Assembly: GCA_963829355.1 (NCBI GenBank)
Contig: CAWHHZ010000013.1
Location: 64,584-128,583, forward strand
DNA length: 64,000 nt
Reading direction: 5' to 3'
From: an uncultured Acidobacteriota bacterium
Lineage (GTDB): Bacteria; Acidobacteriota; Thermoanaerobaculia; Gp7-AA8; JAHWKK01
Of the stretch, positions 55,800 through 63,900 are shown in pieces. The position numbers were made by a program, and so were the translations under genes. The notes beneath the pieces are model-generated. The model saw nothing but the letters and a program-made list of their open reading frames with translations. It was not told where the DNA came from and searched no databases. Position 1 is the first letter of the stretch, and each line of letters begins with the position of its first letter.

Positions 55800-55804
55800 G
55801 CGCA

Positions 55805-56131
55805 TGTCATCCTGAGCGCCAGCGAAGGATCGCGTACGGGCTGACTCGACCGAAGTTCAGGCGAGGATAACGCGACGCGATCCTTCGAACGTCCTGCTCC
55901 CGCTTCTCGGGATCCGGCGGCTTCTAATGACGCCACTTCTAAACCTCTGAAAACACAGGGCTGTCATTCCGAAGCGAAGCGAAGAATCTGGGTGGAGGAC
56001 CGAGCGAAGCCACCTTCCCCCGCCCAGATTCCTCAGTCGCGATGAAGCCGCTCCTTCGGAATGACAGGGAGGTGGTCATTTCACTCCATTGTCGCCAGCG
56101 AAGCGGCGTCATTCCTCCGCTCAGGATGACA
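55805..56131. repeat. Composite repeat: family-A element (55805-about 55925) + family-B element in inverted orientation (about 55962-56076) + a further partial family-A terminus (to 56131)
   Basis: Read directly: tgtcatcctgagcgccagcgaaggatcgcgtacgggctgactcgaccgaagttcaggcgag ...; gctgtcattccgaagcgaagcgaagaatctgggtgg ... ccttcggaatgacaggg; ... ccgctcaggatgaca. Confidence 0.8.
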
Positions 56132-56187
56132 GCCTGATTCTCGCGTGGCAGCGGCTCAGCAGGAGCTTCGAGCTCCGAGCTCCGACT

Positions 56188-57582
56188 CTACTTCTTCTTC
56201 TGCTCTTCCCGCCGGCGCGTTGCCCATCCCTCGTGGATCTTCTGTGGGCTGCGCGAGAGCGCGAGCGAATCGGGAGGGACGTCCTTCGTGATCGTCGAGC
56301 CGGCTCCCACGTACGCGCCTGCCCCGACCTTCACGGGAGCGACGAGCTGTGTATCGGAGCCGATGAACACCCCCTCCTCGAGGATGGTGCGGTGCTTGTT
56401 GACGCCATCGTAATTGCAGGTGATCGTCCCGGCTCCGATGTTGACGTCAGCACCGATCTCGGCGTCACCGATGTACGACAGGTGCGACGCCTTGGCTCCC
56501 TTGCCGAATGTGGCCTTCTTGGTTTCGACGAAGTTGCCGATCTTCACGTTCTCGGACAGCACGGTCTCCGGTCGAAGATGAGCATTCGGACCGATCTGCG
56601 AGTCCGAGCCGATCGTCGCTCTGTCGGCCACCGTCCCGCTCTTGAGGTGAACCCTGTCGCCGACGACGCAATGGCGGAGCACGACGCCCGTCTCGATGAC
56701 GCACCCCTTTCCGATAGAGGTCGCTCCTTCGATGCAGACACCGTTGTAGACGACCGAGTCGGCACCGATCTCGACCAGCGAATCGATGACGGCGGTCGAG
56801 GGGTTGCGGAAGGTCACACCGGCCGTCATGAGCCGCTCGATCGTGCGGCGTCGCAACTCGTCCTCGACACGCGCCAGATCGGCACGTGAGTTGACGCCGA
56901 AGGTCTCGATCGGATCGGGGGCGATGACGGCTCCGGCGCCGCGCCCGTTCTTCGCGGCCATCTCGACCACGTCGGTGAGGTAATACTCCCCCTGAGCGTT
57001 GTCCGTACCCACTGAGTGAAGGGATTCGTACAGAAACTCCTCGTCGAACAGATAGATCCCGGCGTTCACCTCTTTGATGAGGAGTTGTTCGGCCGATGCA
57101 TCCTTCGCCTCCACGATCTGGCGCACTCCCCCGTCCTCGCCACGAATGATTCTGCCGTATGAAGCGGGCTCGTCGAGTTTCATCGTCAGAAGAGTGACGG
57201 CGTTCCCGCTGGCACGATGTTCATCGACGAGGCTCGAGAGCGTCTCGGGACGCGTGAGCGGGACATCGCCGGAAAGCACGAGAACGTGGCTGCCGTCCAG
57301 GCCACGCTGACGCAGAGTCTCCTCGGCCTGGAGCACGGCGTGTCCGGTGCCGAGCTGCTCATCCTGAATGCAGTAGTCGACCTTGTCGCCACATGCGGCG
57401 CGGACGTCCTCCTTCTGATGTCCGATCACGAGAACGGGTCTGGTGTCACTGACCCCGCGGGCGAGGTCGAGAACGTACGAGATGAGCGTACGACCTCCCG
57501 CTCGGTGGAGGATCTTGATCGTGTCGCTCTTCATCCTCGTGCCGAGACCGGCGGCGAGGATCACAATGTCGAGTCGATTCAT
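56188..57582 (-). CDS. glmU: Bifunctional UDP-N-acetylglucosamine pyrophosphorylase / glucosamine-1-phosphate N-acetyltransferase (start at MNRLDIVILAAG)
   Basis: N-terminal nucleotidyltransferase LAAGLGTRMKS, C-terminal left-handed beta-helix hexapeptide repeats. Confidence 0.95.
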   Translation of the reverse strand: MNRLDIVILAAGLGTRMKSDTIKILHRAGGRTLISYVLDLARGVSDTRPVLVIGHQKEDVRAACGDKVDYCIQDEQLGTGHAVLQAEETLRQRGLDGSHVLVLSGDVPLTRPETLSSLVDEHRASGNAVTLLTMKLDEPASYGRIIRGEDGGVRQIVEAKDASAEQLLIKEVNAGIYLFDEEFLYESLHSVGTDNAQGEYYLTDVVEMAAKNGRGAGAVIAPDPIETFGVNSRADLARVEDELRRRTIERLMTAGVTFRNPSTAVIDSLVEIGADSVVYNGVCIEGATSIGKGCVIETGVVLRHCVVGDRVHLKSGTVADRATIGSDSQIGPNAHLRPETVLSENVKIGNFVETKKATFGKGAKASHLSYIGDAEIGADVNIGAGTITCNYDGVNKHRTILEEGVFIGSDTQLVAPVKVGAGAYVGAGSTITKDVPPDSLALSRSPQKIHEGWATRRREEQKKK

Positions 57583-57610
57583 TCGAGCTCCGTTTCGGGT
57601 GTTGTCGTTT

Positions 57611-58663
57611 TCAGGAAAGATCGTCTTCGCTCGAGCGCCGGATTTCCTGCAATCGCCGTCCATAGCGTTCGTAGAGTTTGAAGACGGTCTTCGCGAGTGC
57701 GTGCGAGTCGTGACGCAGGTAATTACCTTCTGCAATCACATCGCCAAAGAAGGGGGCACAGCCGAGCTTTCGAATCTCATCCAGGTCGTGCTCGACGAGG
57801 ATCTGGCCTTTCCGGGCGTACGTCTCGAGGATGGAAGGGGAAGGCCTGGTACCGTTGAGGAGGATGGCGTCGGCCACCAGGCCGGCATGGTCGACGATCG
57901 CTCCGAGGTGGTCCTGGGCGGTGTAGCCGTCGGTTTCTCCTGGTTGCGTCATGACATTGCACACATAGATCTTGAGGGCTCGGGCAGAGGTCACAGCCTC
58001 GCGCAGCCCCCGGATCAGAAGATTCGGAATGACGGAGGTGTAGAGCGAGCCTGGTCCGATGAGGATCAGATCCGCCTGCTCGATCTCTTCGACGGCCTCG
58101 TCGAGAGGTGCCACGTCCTCCGGATCGAGCCGCAGCTCCCGGATCCTGGCGTGCTGCGGCGGAGCATGACCGCTCAGCTTGTCGCCACTGATCTCTCGCT
58201 CTCCGACCAGCTCACGACCATTGTCGAGAATGGCGCGGATGCGGACGTCCGACAGAGTAGATGGATAGATTCTTCCGCGGATCGCGAGGACTTCCGAAGC
58301 GTCACGGATCGCGTTGAAGAAGCCGCCGCGCAGATCGGTCAGAGCCGTGAGCAGCAGGTTTCCGAGCGAGTGGCCGTGAAGCGTCGATTGCGAGTCGAAC
58401 CGGTAGCTGAACAACTGCGAGAGGATCTGTTCCTCCTCTGCCAGAGCGACGATGCAGTTCCTGATGTCGCCGGGAGGGAGGACGCCGAACTCGCGTCGGA
58501 GGATACCGGAGCTTCCTCCTTCATCCGTGACCGTGACGATGGCTCCGAGATCGGTGATCGTCCATGGACCCGCGGCGTGGACGTAGCGTTTGAGGCCCCG
58601 GAGGAGCGTGGCGAGTCCGGTTCCTCCACCGATCGCCACGACTCTCAGCGTCGATTGAGGCAT
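57611..58663 (-). CDS. YvcK/CofD-family protein (UPF0052, gluconeogenesis factor / UDP-sugar binding)
   Basis: 350 aa; VVAIGGGTGLATLLRGLK N-terminal motif, GPGSLYTSVIPNLL. Confidence 0.85.
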   Translation of the reverse strand: MPQSTLRVVAIGGGTGLATLLRGLKRYVHAAGPWTITDLGAIVTVTDEGGSSGILRREFGVLPPGDIRNCIVALAEEEQILSQLFSYRFDSQSTLHGHSLGNLLLTALTDLRGGFFNAIRDASEVLAIRGRIYPSTLSDVRIRAILDNGRELVGEREISGDKLSGHAPPQHARIRELRLDPEDVAPLDEAVEEIEQADLILIGPGSLYTSVIPNLLIRGLREAVTSARALKIYVCNVMTQPGETDGYTAQDHLGAIVDHAGLVADAILLNGTRPSPSILETYARKGQILVEHDLDEIRKLGCAPFFGDVIAEGNYLRHDSHALAKTVFKLYERYGRRLQEIRRSSEDDLS

Positions 58664-58673
58664 GGCGGACAGT

Positions 58674-59258
58674 CTACTTCTTCTTCAGCTCTGTCAGGAC
58701 GAGCTTCGCGACGGCCTTCAGCGTGTCGAATACGCCGGTGCCGTTTGTGGCGATCGCCTCAAACGTCGGCTCGCCCTTGAAGTTGAGCTGCTGATACATC
58801 TCGTCCACGGAGACGGCTGTGGGAAGGTCTCTCTTGTTGAACTGCAGCGCGTACGGGATCGTTTTCAGTTCGTATCCCTGTTCCTGGAGGTTCTTGTCGA
58901 GGTTCTGCAGTGATTCGACGTTCGCGTCCATTCGCGCGTCCTGCGAATCGGCGACGAATACAACGCCGTCGACGCCCTTGAGGATCAACTTACGCGACGC
59001 ATCGTAGAAGACCTGTCCGGGGACGGTGTAGAGGTGGAATCTGGTCTTGAATCCGCGGACGGTACCGAGATCGAGCGGGAGGAAGTCGAAAAACAGAGTC
59101 CGGTCCGTCTCCGTCGCGAGAGAGATCAGCTTCCCCTTCGCCTGCGGATTGGTCTTGTCGTAGATCCACTGCAGATTCGTCGTCTTCCCGCAGAGTCCGG
59201 GACCGTAATAGACGATCTTGCAGTTGATCTCCCGTGCAGCGTAATTGATGAAAGTCAC
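58674..59258 (-). CDS. mglA: Ras-like small GTPase MglA (mutual gliding-motility protein A)
   Basis: 194 aa, very close to Myxococcus MglA as recalled: [30 protein letters not shown]...[33 protein letters not shown]...[17 protein letters not shown]. Confidence 0.92.
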   Translation of the reverse strand: MTFINYAAREINCKIVYYGPGLCGKTTNLQWIYDKTNPQAKGKLISLATETDRTLFFDFLPLDLGTVRGFKTRFHLYTVPGQVFYDASRKLILKGVDGVVFVADSQDARMDANVESLQNLDKNLQEQGYELKTIPYALQFNKRDLPTAVSVDEMYQQLNFKGEPTFEAIATNGTGVFDTLKAVAKLVLTELKKK

Positions 59259-59297
59259 TGTTTATGCGATCCGTATCGCACCCGCTGAACGGGGCGC

Positions 59298-59792
59298 TTA
59301 TTCACTGAAAAGGCTGTCGATATCTTCGTCGGTAATCTCGGCGAAGGGAGAGTCGAAGCTCGGTTGCCCCGCTTCCCTGGCCGTCTTCTCGACGAGTGCC
59401 TCGAACGTGCGCTCGAGCTCCTGGGAACCCTTCTTCACCCGCAGGCGAACCAGACCGAGGGACGAGCGTTCGTCGAAGATCACGACGAGAATGACTCGTT
59501 TCGCCACGAGTGAGATGTGGATGTTGTCCTTCTCACCTTCATGGAAAAGGATCGAGAACTCCTTCTCGCCGATCAGCTTCGCGAGCCCATCGGTGGCGGC
59601 GACATTGCCGGCGGTCAGCGACGCCAGAGACGTCGCGTCGACGCCCTGCATGTCACCGCTGGACGCGATCTGCTGGCCGTTTTTGTCGACCAGAAAGACG
59701 AATTTCGAGTTGGAGTCGCTCTGCAGGCGGGCCAGAATGTCCCGGATCTGCTGATACTCCTCCTCGTACATTACGAGATCAGGAGAGCTCAT
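59298..59792 (-). CDS. mglB: MglB, Roadblock/LC7-domain GAP for MglA
   Basis: 164 aa; Roadblock fold (FVFLVDKNGQQIASSGDMQGVDATSLASLTAGNVAA) and acidic C-terminal tail; immediately upstream of mglA (mglBA operon). Confidence 0.88.
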   Translation of the reverse strand: MSSPDLVMYEEEYQQIRDILARLQSDSNSKFVFLVDKNGQQIASSGDMQGVDATSLASLTAGNVAATDGLAKLIGEKEFSILFHEGEKDNIHISLVAKRVILVVIFDERSSLGLVRLRVKKGSQELERTFEALVEKTAREAGQPSFDSPFAEITDEDIDSLFSE

Positions 59793-59881
59793 TCATTCAC
59801 ACCATTCACGGCAAACTTCAGTCCATTCTATAGCACATTTGCAAGTCCGTCGCGTTCCACCGCCGATCGTTGTGCCGACGG

Positions 59882-60475
59882 CTACAGATCCCGGCGTCCC
59901 TGCAGTGCCTTGGTCATTGTTACATGGTCGGCATATTCGAGGTCTCCGCCGACCGGAAGACCGAAGGCCAGCCTCGTCACTCTCACGTTCATGGGACGAA
60001 CCTGTTCGGCGATGTAGTGCGCGGTGGCCTCACCTTCGACATTCGGATTCGTTGCCAGAATCATCTCAGTGACCTCCCCGGCTCGGAGTCGTCCAAGCAG
60101 CCCGCGGATGTCAATGTCGTCCGGTCCGATTCCCTTGAGGGGTGAGAGTGCCCCGAGGAGAACGTGGTAGGAGCCACGATATTCGCGGGTCCCTTCGATC
60201 GTGTCGATGTTGAAGGCCTCTTCGACCACGCAGAGTGTGGATCTGTCCCGTCGCTCGTCGCTGCAGATGGCGCACGGGTCAGTGTCGGTCATGTTGTTGC
60301 AGATCGAGCAGCGGAACATCTTGGTCTTCAGCTCGATGATCGAAGTCGCCAGAGCCTCGACCTCCGCGGCGGGACGCTTCATGAGGTGATACGCGAGACG
60401 CGTGGCGGACTTGCTTCCGACTCCGGGAAGCCGGCTCAGCTCGTTGACGAGTCTGGCGAGAGGAGGAGCGGCCAT
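59882..60475 (-). CDS. recR: Recombination protein RecR
   Basis: 197 aa; HhH (LPGVGSKSATRLAYHL), C4 zinc finger CSICNNMTDTDPCAIC, Toprim. Confidence 0.95.
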   Translation of the reverse strand: MAAPPLARLVNELSRLPGVGSKSATRLAYHLMKRPAAEVEALATSIIELKTKMFRCSICNNMTDTDPCAICSDERRDRSTLCVVEEAFNIDTIEGTREYRGSYHVLLGALSPLKGIGPDDIDIRGLLGRLRAGEVTEMILATNPNVEGEATAHYIAEQVRPMNVRVTRLAFGLPVGGDLEYADHVTMTKALQGRRDL

Positions 60476-60479
60476 GGAG

Positions 60480-60782
60480 TCAGATCAGGCCCGGGGGAAG
60501 GCCCATGCCGCCGGCAAGTCCTCCGAGCTCGTCCTGCATCGCCTCTTCCACTTTCCGTCCTGCGTCGTTGATCGCCGCGATGATCAGGTCCTGAAGCATC
60601 TCGACGTCGTCCGGATCGACGGCCTCTTTCTCGATCTTGAGCGAGATCAATTCACGGTGTCCCGAAAGCTCGGCCGTGACCATGCCGCCGCCGGCGGTTC
60701 CTTCGACGCGCAGCTCGCCGAGCTTCTTCTGCATCTGCTCCTGCATCTGCTGCGCCTGCTTCATCATCTTCTTGATGTTCAT
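60480..60782 (-). CDS. ybaB: Nucleoid-associated protein YbaB/EbfC
   Basis: 100 aa; MMKQAQQMQEQMQKKLGELRVEGTAGGGMVTAELSG. Confidence 0.93.
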   Translation of the reverse strand: MNIKKMMKQAQQMQEQMQKKLGELRVEGTAGGGMVTAELSGHRELISLKIEKEAVDPDDVEMLQDLIIAAINDAGRKVEEAMQDELGGLAGGMGLPPGLI

Positions 60783-60802
60783 GCTTTCAGCTCTCCTGCC
60801 GG

Positions 60803-62392
60803 TCAGCGACCGGATTTGATCACTTCGCCTCCGAGATGCTTCGCGAATGACTTGAGGACCGGATCGTCGTCGATGACCTGCTCGCGAGGCGTGCGGGTCT
60901 GAGCCGGAACATCCATCATCTCGAGCGAGATCTTCATCTCACGGCCGTATACGCTTGCAGCCGCCGAACGCAGGGCTTCGATCATCCCCTCGCTCTCGAG
61001 CTGCTCTTTCATGAAGCGGTTCTCTTCACTGAACGCAAATCGCAGAACCCCTTCCAGCTCCTCGGCTTTGGCTGCGCTGCGGAGATAGTTCCCCGCCAGC
61101 TTCTTCGAGGCTGCGAATTCCTCGATCACCCTTCTGACCGATCCTCCGGCTGCCGGCGCCGCGGCGCCTCGCTCGTCCGATTGTGCCGAAGAGGGAGCAG
61201 AGTTTCTTCGGGCTGGCCTCGATTCCCTGGTCTGCGTGAGCGTGGCGGAGCGTCCTGCGGGCGCCGAGGTCTCTCCACTTCGCAACAGGTCCTCGACGGC
61301 GCGGAGGCGCGGCAGGAGCGCGCAACGGATCAGCGAGATTTCGACGACGAGTCTCTGCTGCTCGGAACGATTCACGAGCTCGTCATCGCGCAACAGGAGG
61401 TTCATGATCCGCATCAACTCGCTCAGATCGAAGCGCGCTGCCACGTCCCGAGCGCGCTCGAGCGCGTCGTCCTCGAGCCCGATCAGCGTTTCGCTCGCTC
61501 CGCTCGACATCAGAAGCAGCACGCGCAGATACGACAGAAGATCGCGATAGAGCAGCTTGAAGTCGCGTCCGCTCACGGCGGCTTCATCGAGAAGAGCGAT
61601 GATGGCCGCGGTATCACCTTCTTCGAGCTTCTCGACCAGATCGGCGAGAAAGAGTGTGTCGGACAAGCCGAGAGCCGTCGCGACTTCCGCCGCGGTGAGG
61701 TGCTTTCCGGTGAATGCGATCGTCTGATCGAGCAGTGAGAGTGCGTCACGGACGCTGCCGTCGCCACGGCGGGCTAGGATCTCGAGCGCCTGATCTTCCG
61801 CCTCGATCCCTTCGGACTCGCAGATCTCCCGCAGCCTGACCTTCAGCTCCTCGGTCGTGATCCGGCGGAAGACGAACTGCTGGACCCGCGAAAGGATCGT
61901 CTGCGGGACCTTGTGCATCTCGGTCGTCGCCATGATGAAGACGACGTGGGGGGGCGGCTCCTCGATCAGCTTGAGAAGCGCGTTCCAGGCTCCGGACGAG
62001 AGCATATGAGCCTCGTCGATGATGAAGATCCGGTTGCGATCGCGCGCCGGCTGGAACTGAGTGACCTCGCGCAGCTCACGGATGTTCTCGACCTGCGTGT
62101 AGGTCGCCGCGTCGATCTCACGGACGTCGAGGTCGATTCCCTCGGTGATCTCGCGACAGATCGAGCAGGTGTTGCACGGGGTGATGGTGGGTCCGGTCTG
62201 GCAGTTGAGCGCCTTGGCGAAGATGCGTGCCGCGGTGGTCTTGCCGACTCCGCGAACTCCCGAAAACAGGTAGGCCTGATGGATCCGGTCCTGCTGGAGC
62301 GAGTTCTGGAGCGTCCGCACGATCGAGTCCTGTCCGAGGACGTCTTCGAATGTCTGCGGGCGATACTTTCGGGCGAGTGCCTGGTAGCTCAT
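60803..62392 (-). CDS. dnaX: DNA polymerase III subunit tau/gamma
   Basis: 529 aa; AAA+ GVRGVGKTTAARIFAKALNC, zinc module CQTGPTITPCNTCSIC. No A-AAA-AAG slippery heptamer is visible. Confidence 0.95.
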   Translation of the reverse strand: MSYQALARKYRPQTFEDVLGQDSIVRTLQNSLQQDRIHQAYLFSGVRGVGKTTAARIFAKALNCQTGPTITPCNTCSICREITEGIDLDVREIDAATYTQVENIRELREVTQFQPARDRNRIFIIDEAHMLSSGAWNALLKLIEEPPPHVVFIMATTEMHKVPQTILSRVQQFVFRRITTEELKVRLREICESEGIEAEDQALEILARRGDGSVRDALSLLDQTIAFTGKHLTAAEVATALGLSDTLFLADLVEKLEEGDTAAIIALLDEAAVSGRDFKLLYRDLLSYLRVLLLMSSGASETLIGLEDDALERARDVAARFDLSELMRIMNLLLRDDELVNRSEQQRLVVEISLIRCALLPRLRAVEDLLRSGETSAPAGRSATLTQTRESRPARRNSAPSSAQSDERGAAAPAAGGSVRRVIEEFAASKKLAGNYLRSAAKAEELEGVLRFAFSEENRFMKEQLESEGMIEALRSAAASVYGREMKISLEMMDVPAQTRTPREQVIDDDPVLKSFAKHLGGEVIKSGR

Positions 62393-62466
62393 CAGAGGTC
62401 AGCGTTTGGATCGTACCGCAGTCGGTTCGGAGAATCAGCTGCTTGAAACGCCCGTTCGCTCGAAAG

Positions 62467-62567
62467 AGCCCAGGTTTACCTGCGGCACGCTGGAGCTCCA
62501 CCTTATCGCTGCTTCCTTCCGGACCTGACGAGGTTCGGTGGTTCCTGCTGCACAGGGCCCGGGCTCA
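62467..62567 (-). ncRNA. ffs: Signal recognition particle RNA (small 4.5S-type SRP RNA, ffs)
   Basis: Minus-strand sequence GAGCCCGGGCCCUGUGCAGCAGG...CGUCAGGUCCGGAAGGAAGCAGCG...CCUGGGCUC. It contains the universally conserved domain IV motif GUCAGGUCCGGAAGGAAGCAGC, with terminal helix pairing GAGCCCGGG/CCUGGGCUC; canonical position upstream of dnaX. Confidence 0.85.
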
Positions 62568-62594
62568 TCCCAGCGAACGCACCGGGAGAAGGGC

Positions 62595-62687
62595 TGGCGG
62601 AGAGAGTGGGATTCGAACCCACGGTACGGGGGTTGCCCGCACACGCGCTTTCCAAGCGCGCTCCTTAAGCCACTCGGACATCTCTCC
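62595..62687 (-). tRNA. tRNA-Ser (anticodon GGA), type II with a long variable arm, CCA encoded
   Basis: Reverse complement GGAGAGATGTCCGAGTGGCTTAAGGAGCGCGCTTGGAAAGCGCG...GGTTCGAATCCCACTCTCTCCGCCA; anticodon stem CGCGC/GCGCG with loop TTGGAAA. Confidence 0.88.
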
Positions 62688-62728
62688 GGAACTTCGACTG
62701 CGATTTCACAGAACAGAAAAAGAGAATC

Positions 62729-62821
62729 TGGCGGAGAGAGAGGGATTCGAACCCTCGGTACCGGGGTCACCGGTACAACGGTTTTCGAGACCGCCGCATT
62801 CAACCGCTCTGCCATCTCTCC
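62729..62821 (-). tRNA. tRNA-Ser (anticodon CGA), type II, CCA encoded
   Basis: Reverse complement GGAGAGATGGCAGAGCGGTTGAATGCGGCGGTCTCGAAAACCGT...GGTTCGAATCCCTCTCTCTCCGCCA; loop CTCGAAA. Confidence 0.88.
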
Positions 62822-62864
62822 GGGCGTGGACAACGAAAAGGTATGGGGAGTGATTCCAGCGTAC

Positions 62865-63317
62865 CTATCGCCTCAGTTTTCGGAAGAACGACTGCAGCAT
62901 CTCTCGAGACTCGTCTTCGGCGACTCCGCTCGTGATCTCCACCCTGTGGTTCAGGCGGGGGTCCTGGACCAGATTGCCGAGCGAGCCGCAGAAGCCGGCT
63001 TTCGGATCGGCAGCAGCAAAGACGAGGCGGGGGATGCGAGCGTTGACGATCGCGCCGGCGCACATCGCACACGGCTCGAGAGTGACGTAGATCGTGGTGT
63101 CCTCGAGTCGCCAGTCTCCGATTGCCCGGGCTGCCTGGCCGATCGCCTCGACCTCCGCATGACCGAGAGGATCGCCTTCCTCACGCCGGTTTCGACCGCG
63201 GCCAATGATCGATCCGGAGCGATCGATGATGACCGCGCCGATCGGTACTTCGCCGTGGAGCTCAGCCTCGCGGGCTAGAAGCAGAGCCTCTTCCATCAGA
63301 TGAAGATCGCTCAACAA
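62865..63317 (-). CDS. tadA: tRNA-specific adenosine deaminase TadA (A34-to-I editing of tRNA-Arg ACG)
   Basis: 150 aa; CDA-fold zinc motifs HAEVEAI and TLEPCAMCAGAI. Confidence 0.92.
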   Translation of the reverse strand: MLSDLHLMEEALLLAREAELHGEVPIGAVIIDRSGSIIGRGRNRREEGDPLGHAEVEAIGQAARAIGDWRLEDTTIYVTLEPCAMCAGAIVNARIPRLVFAAADPKAGFCGSLGNLVQDPRLNHRVEITSGVAEDESREMLQSFFRKLRR

Positions 63318-63420
63318 GACAAACCTGTGGCAGCAGTTGGGTCGTGATGGGAGGAGGGAACGCTGCGGGGGCCGAGAGCTGCTTCAGCATTCAGCATTCA
63401 GCATTCCTCATTCGAAGAAG

Positions 63421-63497
63421 TGGTGCACCCTCCAGGACTCGAACCTGGAACCTCCTGATCCGTAGTCAGGTGCTCTATCCAATTAAGCTAAGGGTGC
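63421..63497 (-). tRNA. tRNA-Arg (anticodon ACG), CCA encoded; the TadA substrate, encoded directly upstream of tadA
   Basis: Reverse complement GCACCCTTAGCTTAATTGGATAGAGCACCTGACTACGGATCAGGAGGTTCCAGGTTCGAGTCCTGGAGGGTGCACCA; anticodon loop CTACGGA. Confidence 0.9.
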
Positions 63498-63682
63498 TCG
63501 TTCGCAGCGAGGACATCTAACGATGCGAGTGGCGGATACATTCCTCGATTTCGGTCGCCATGGAAAAGACTCACTCAGCGGATCGCAGCAGAAAAACCGG
63601 GGAGACCATTCCCAATTCGAGATTCTCCTCTATAATGGTTCCATCGGCGTCTCGTGACGAACGGTTGGCTTGTGGAGGTGGA

Positions 63683-63748
63683 ATGGGTTGGAAAAAAGTC
63701 TGCGTGTTCTTCCCCTCGGTGAGCTGGTGCGCAAATTGCCCACACTGA
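63683..63748 (+). CDS. Candidate small Cys-rich peptide (21 aa) MGWKKVCVFFPSVSWCANCPH with upstream TATAAT and downstream hairpin
   Basis: GGAGGTGG RBS at 63674-63681; a -10-like TATAAT at 63641-63646; stop followed by a 17 bp GC hairpin. Speculative. Confidence 0.3.
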   Translation: MGWKKVCVFFPSVSWCANCPH

Positions 63749-63765
63749 ATTGAATCCAAGTTTCA

Positions 63766-63822
63766 CGGCCTCCACGGCTGGCCACTGCCTGCTCGACCCT
63801 TCCCCGGCCAGCCGTGGAGGCG
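63766..63822 (+). terminator. Long GC hairpin (ggcctccacggctggcc ... ggccagccgtggaggcg) followed by gtgattt; candidate terminator or attenuator
   Basis: 17 bp near-perfect inverted repeat with a ~23 nt loop, read directly. Confidence 0.4.
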
Positions 63823-63844
63823 TGATTTAGAGGCGCCTCCTCCT

Positions 63845-63900
63845 TCATCTCGAAGATCCCCCTCTCACTGTCATTTCGAAGGAGCGGCTTGATCGCGGCT
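63845..63900. repeat. Partial family-B element (ctgtcatttcgaaggagcggcttgatcgcggctgacg...) near the window edge
   Basis: Left terminus and adjacent core resemble 43889-43935. Confidence 0.55.

Noticed and set aside
60803-62392. Programmed -1 frameshift site in dnaX (gamma subunit)
   Set aside because: No A-AAA-AAG (plus-strand CTTTTTT) heptamer is present in the gene. Only full-length tau is supported.
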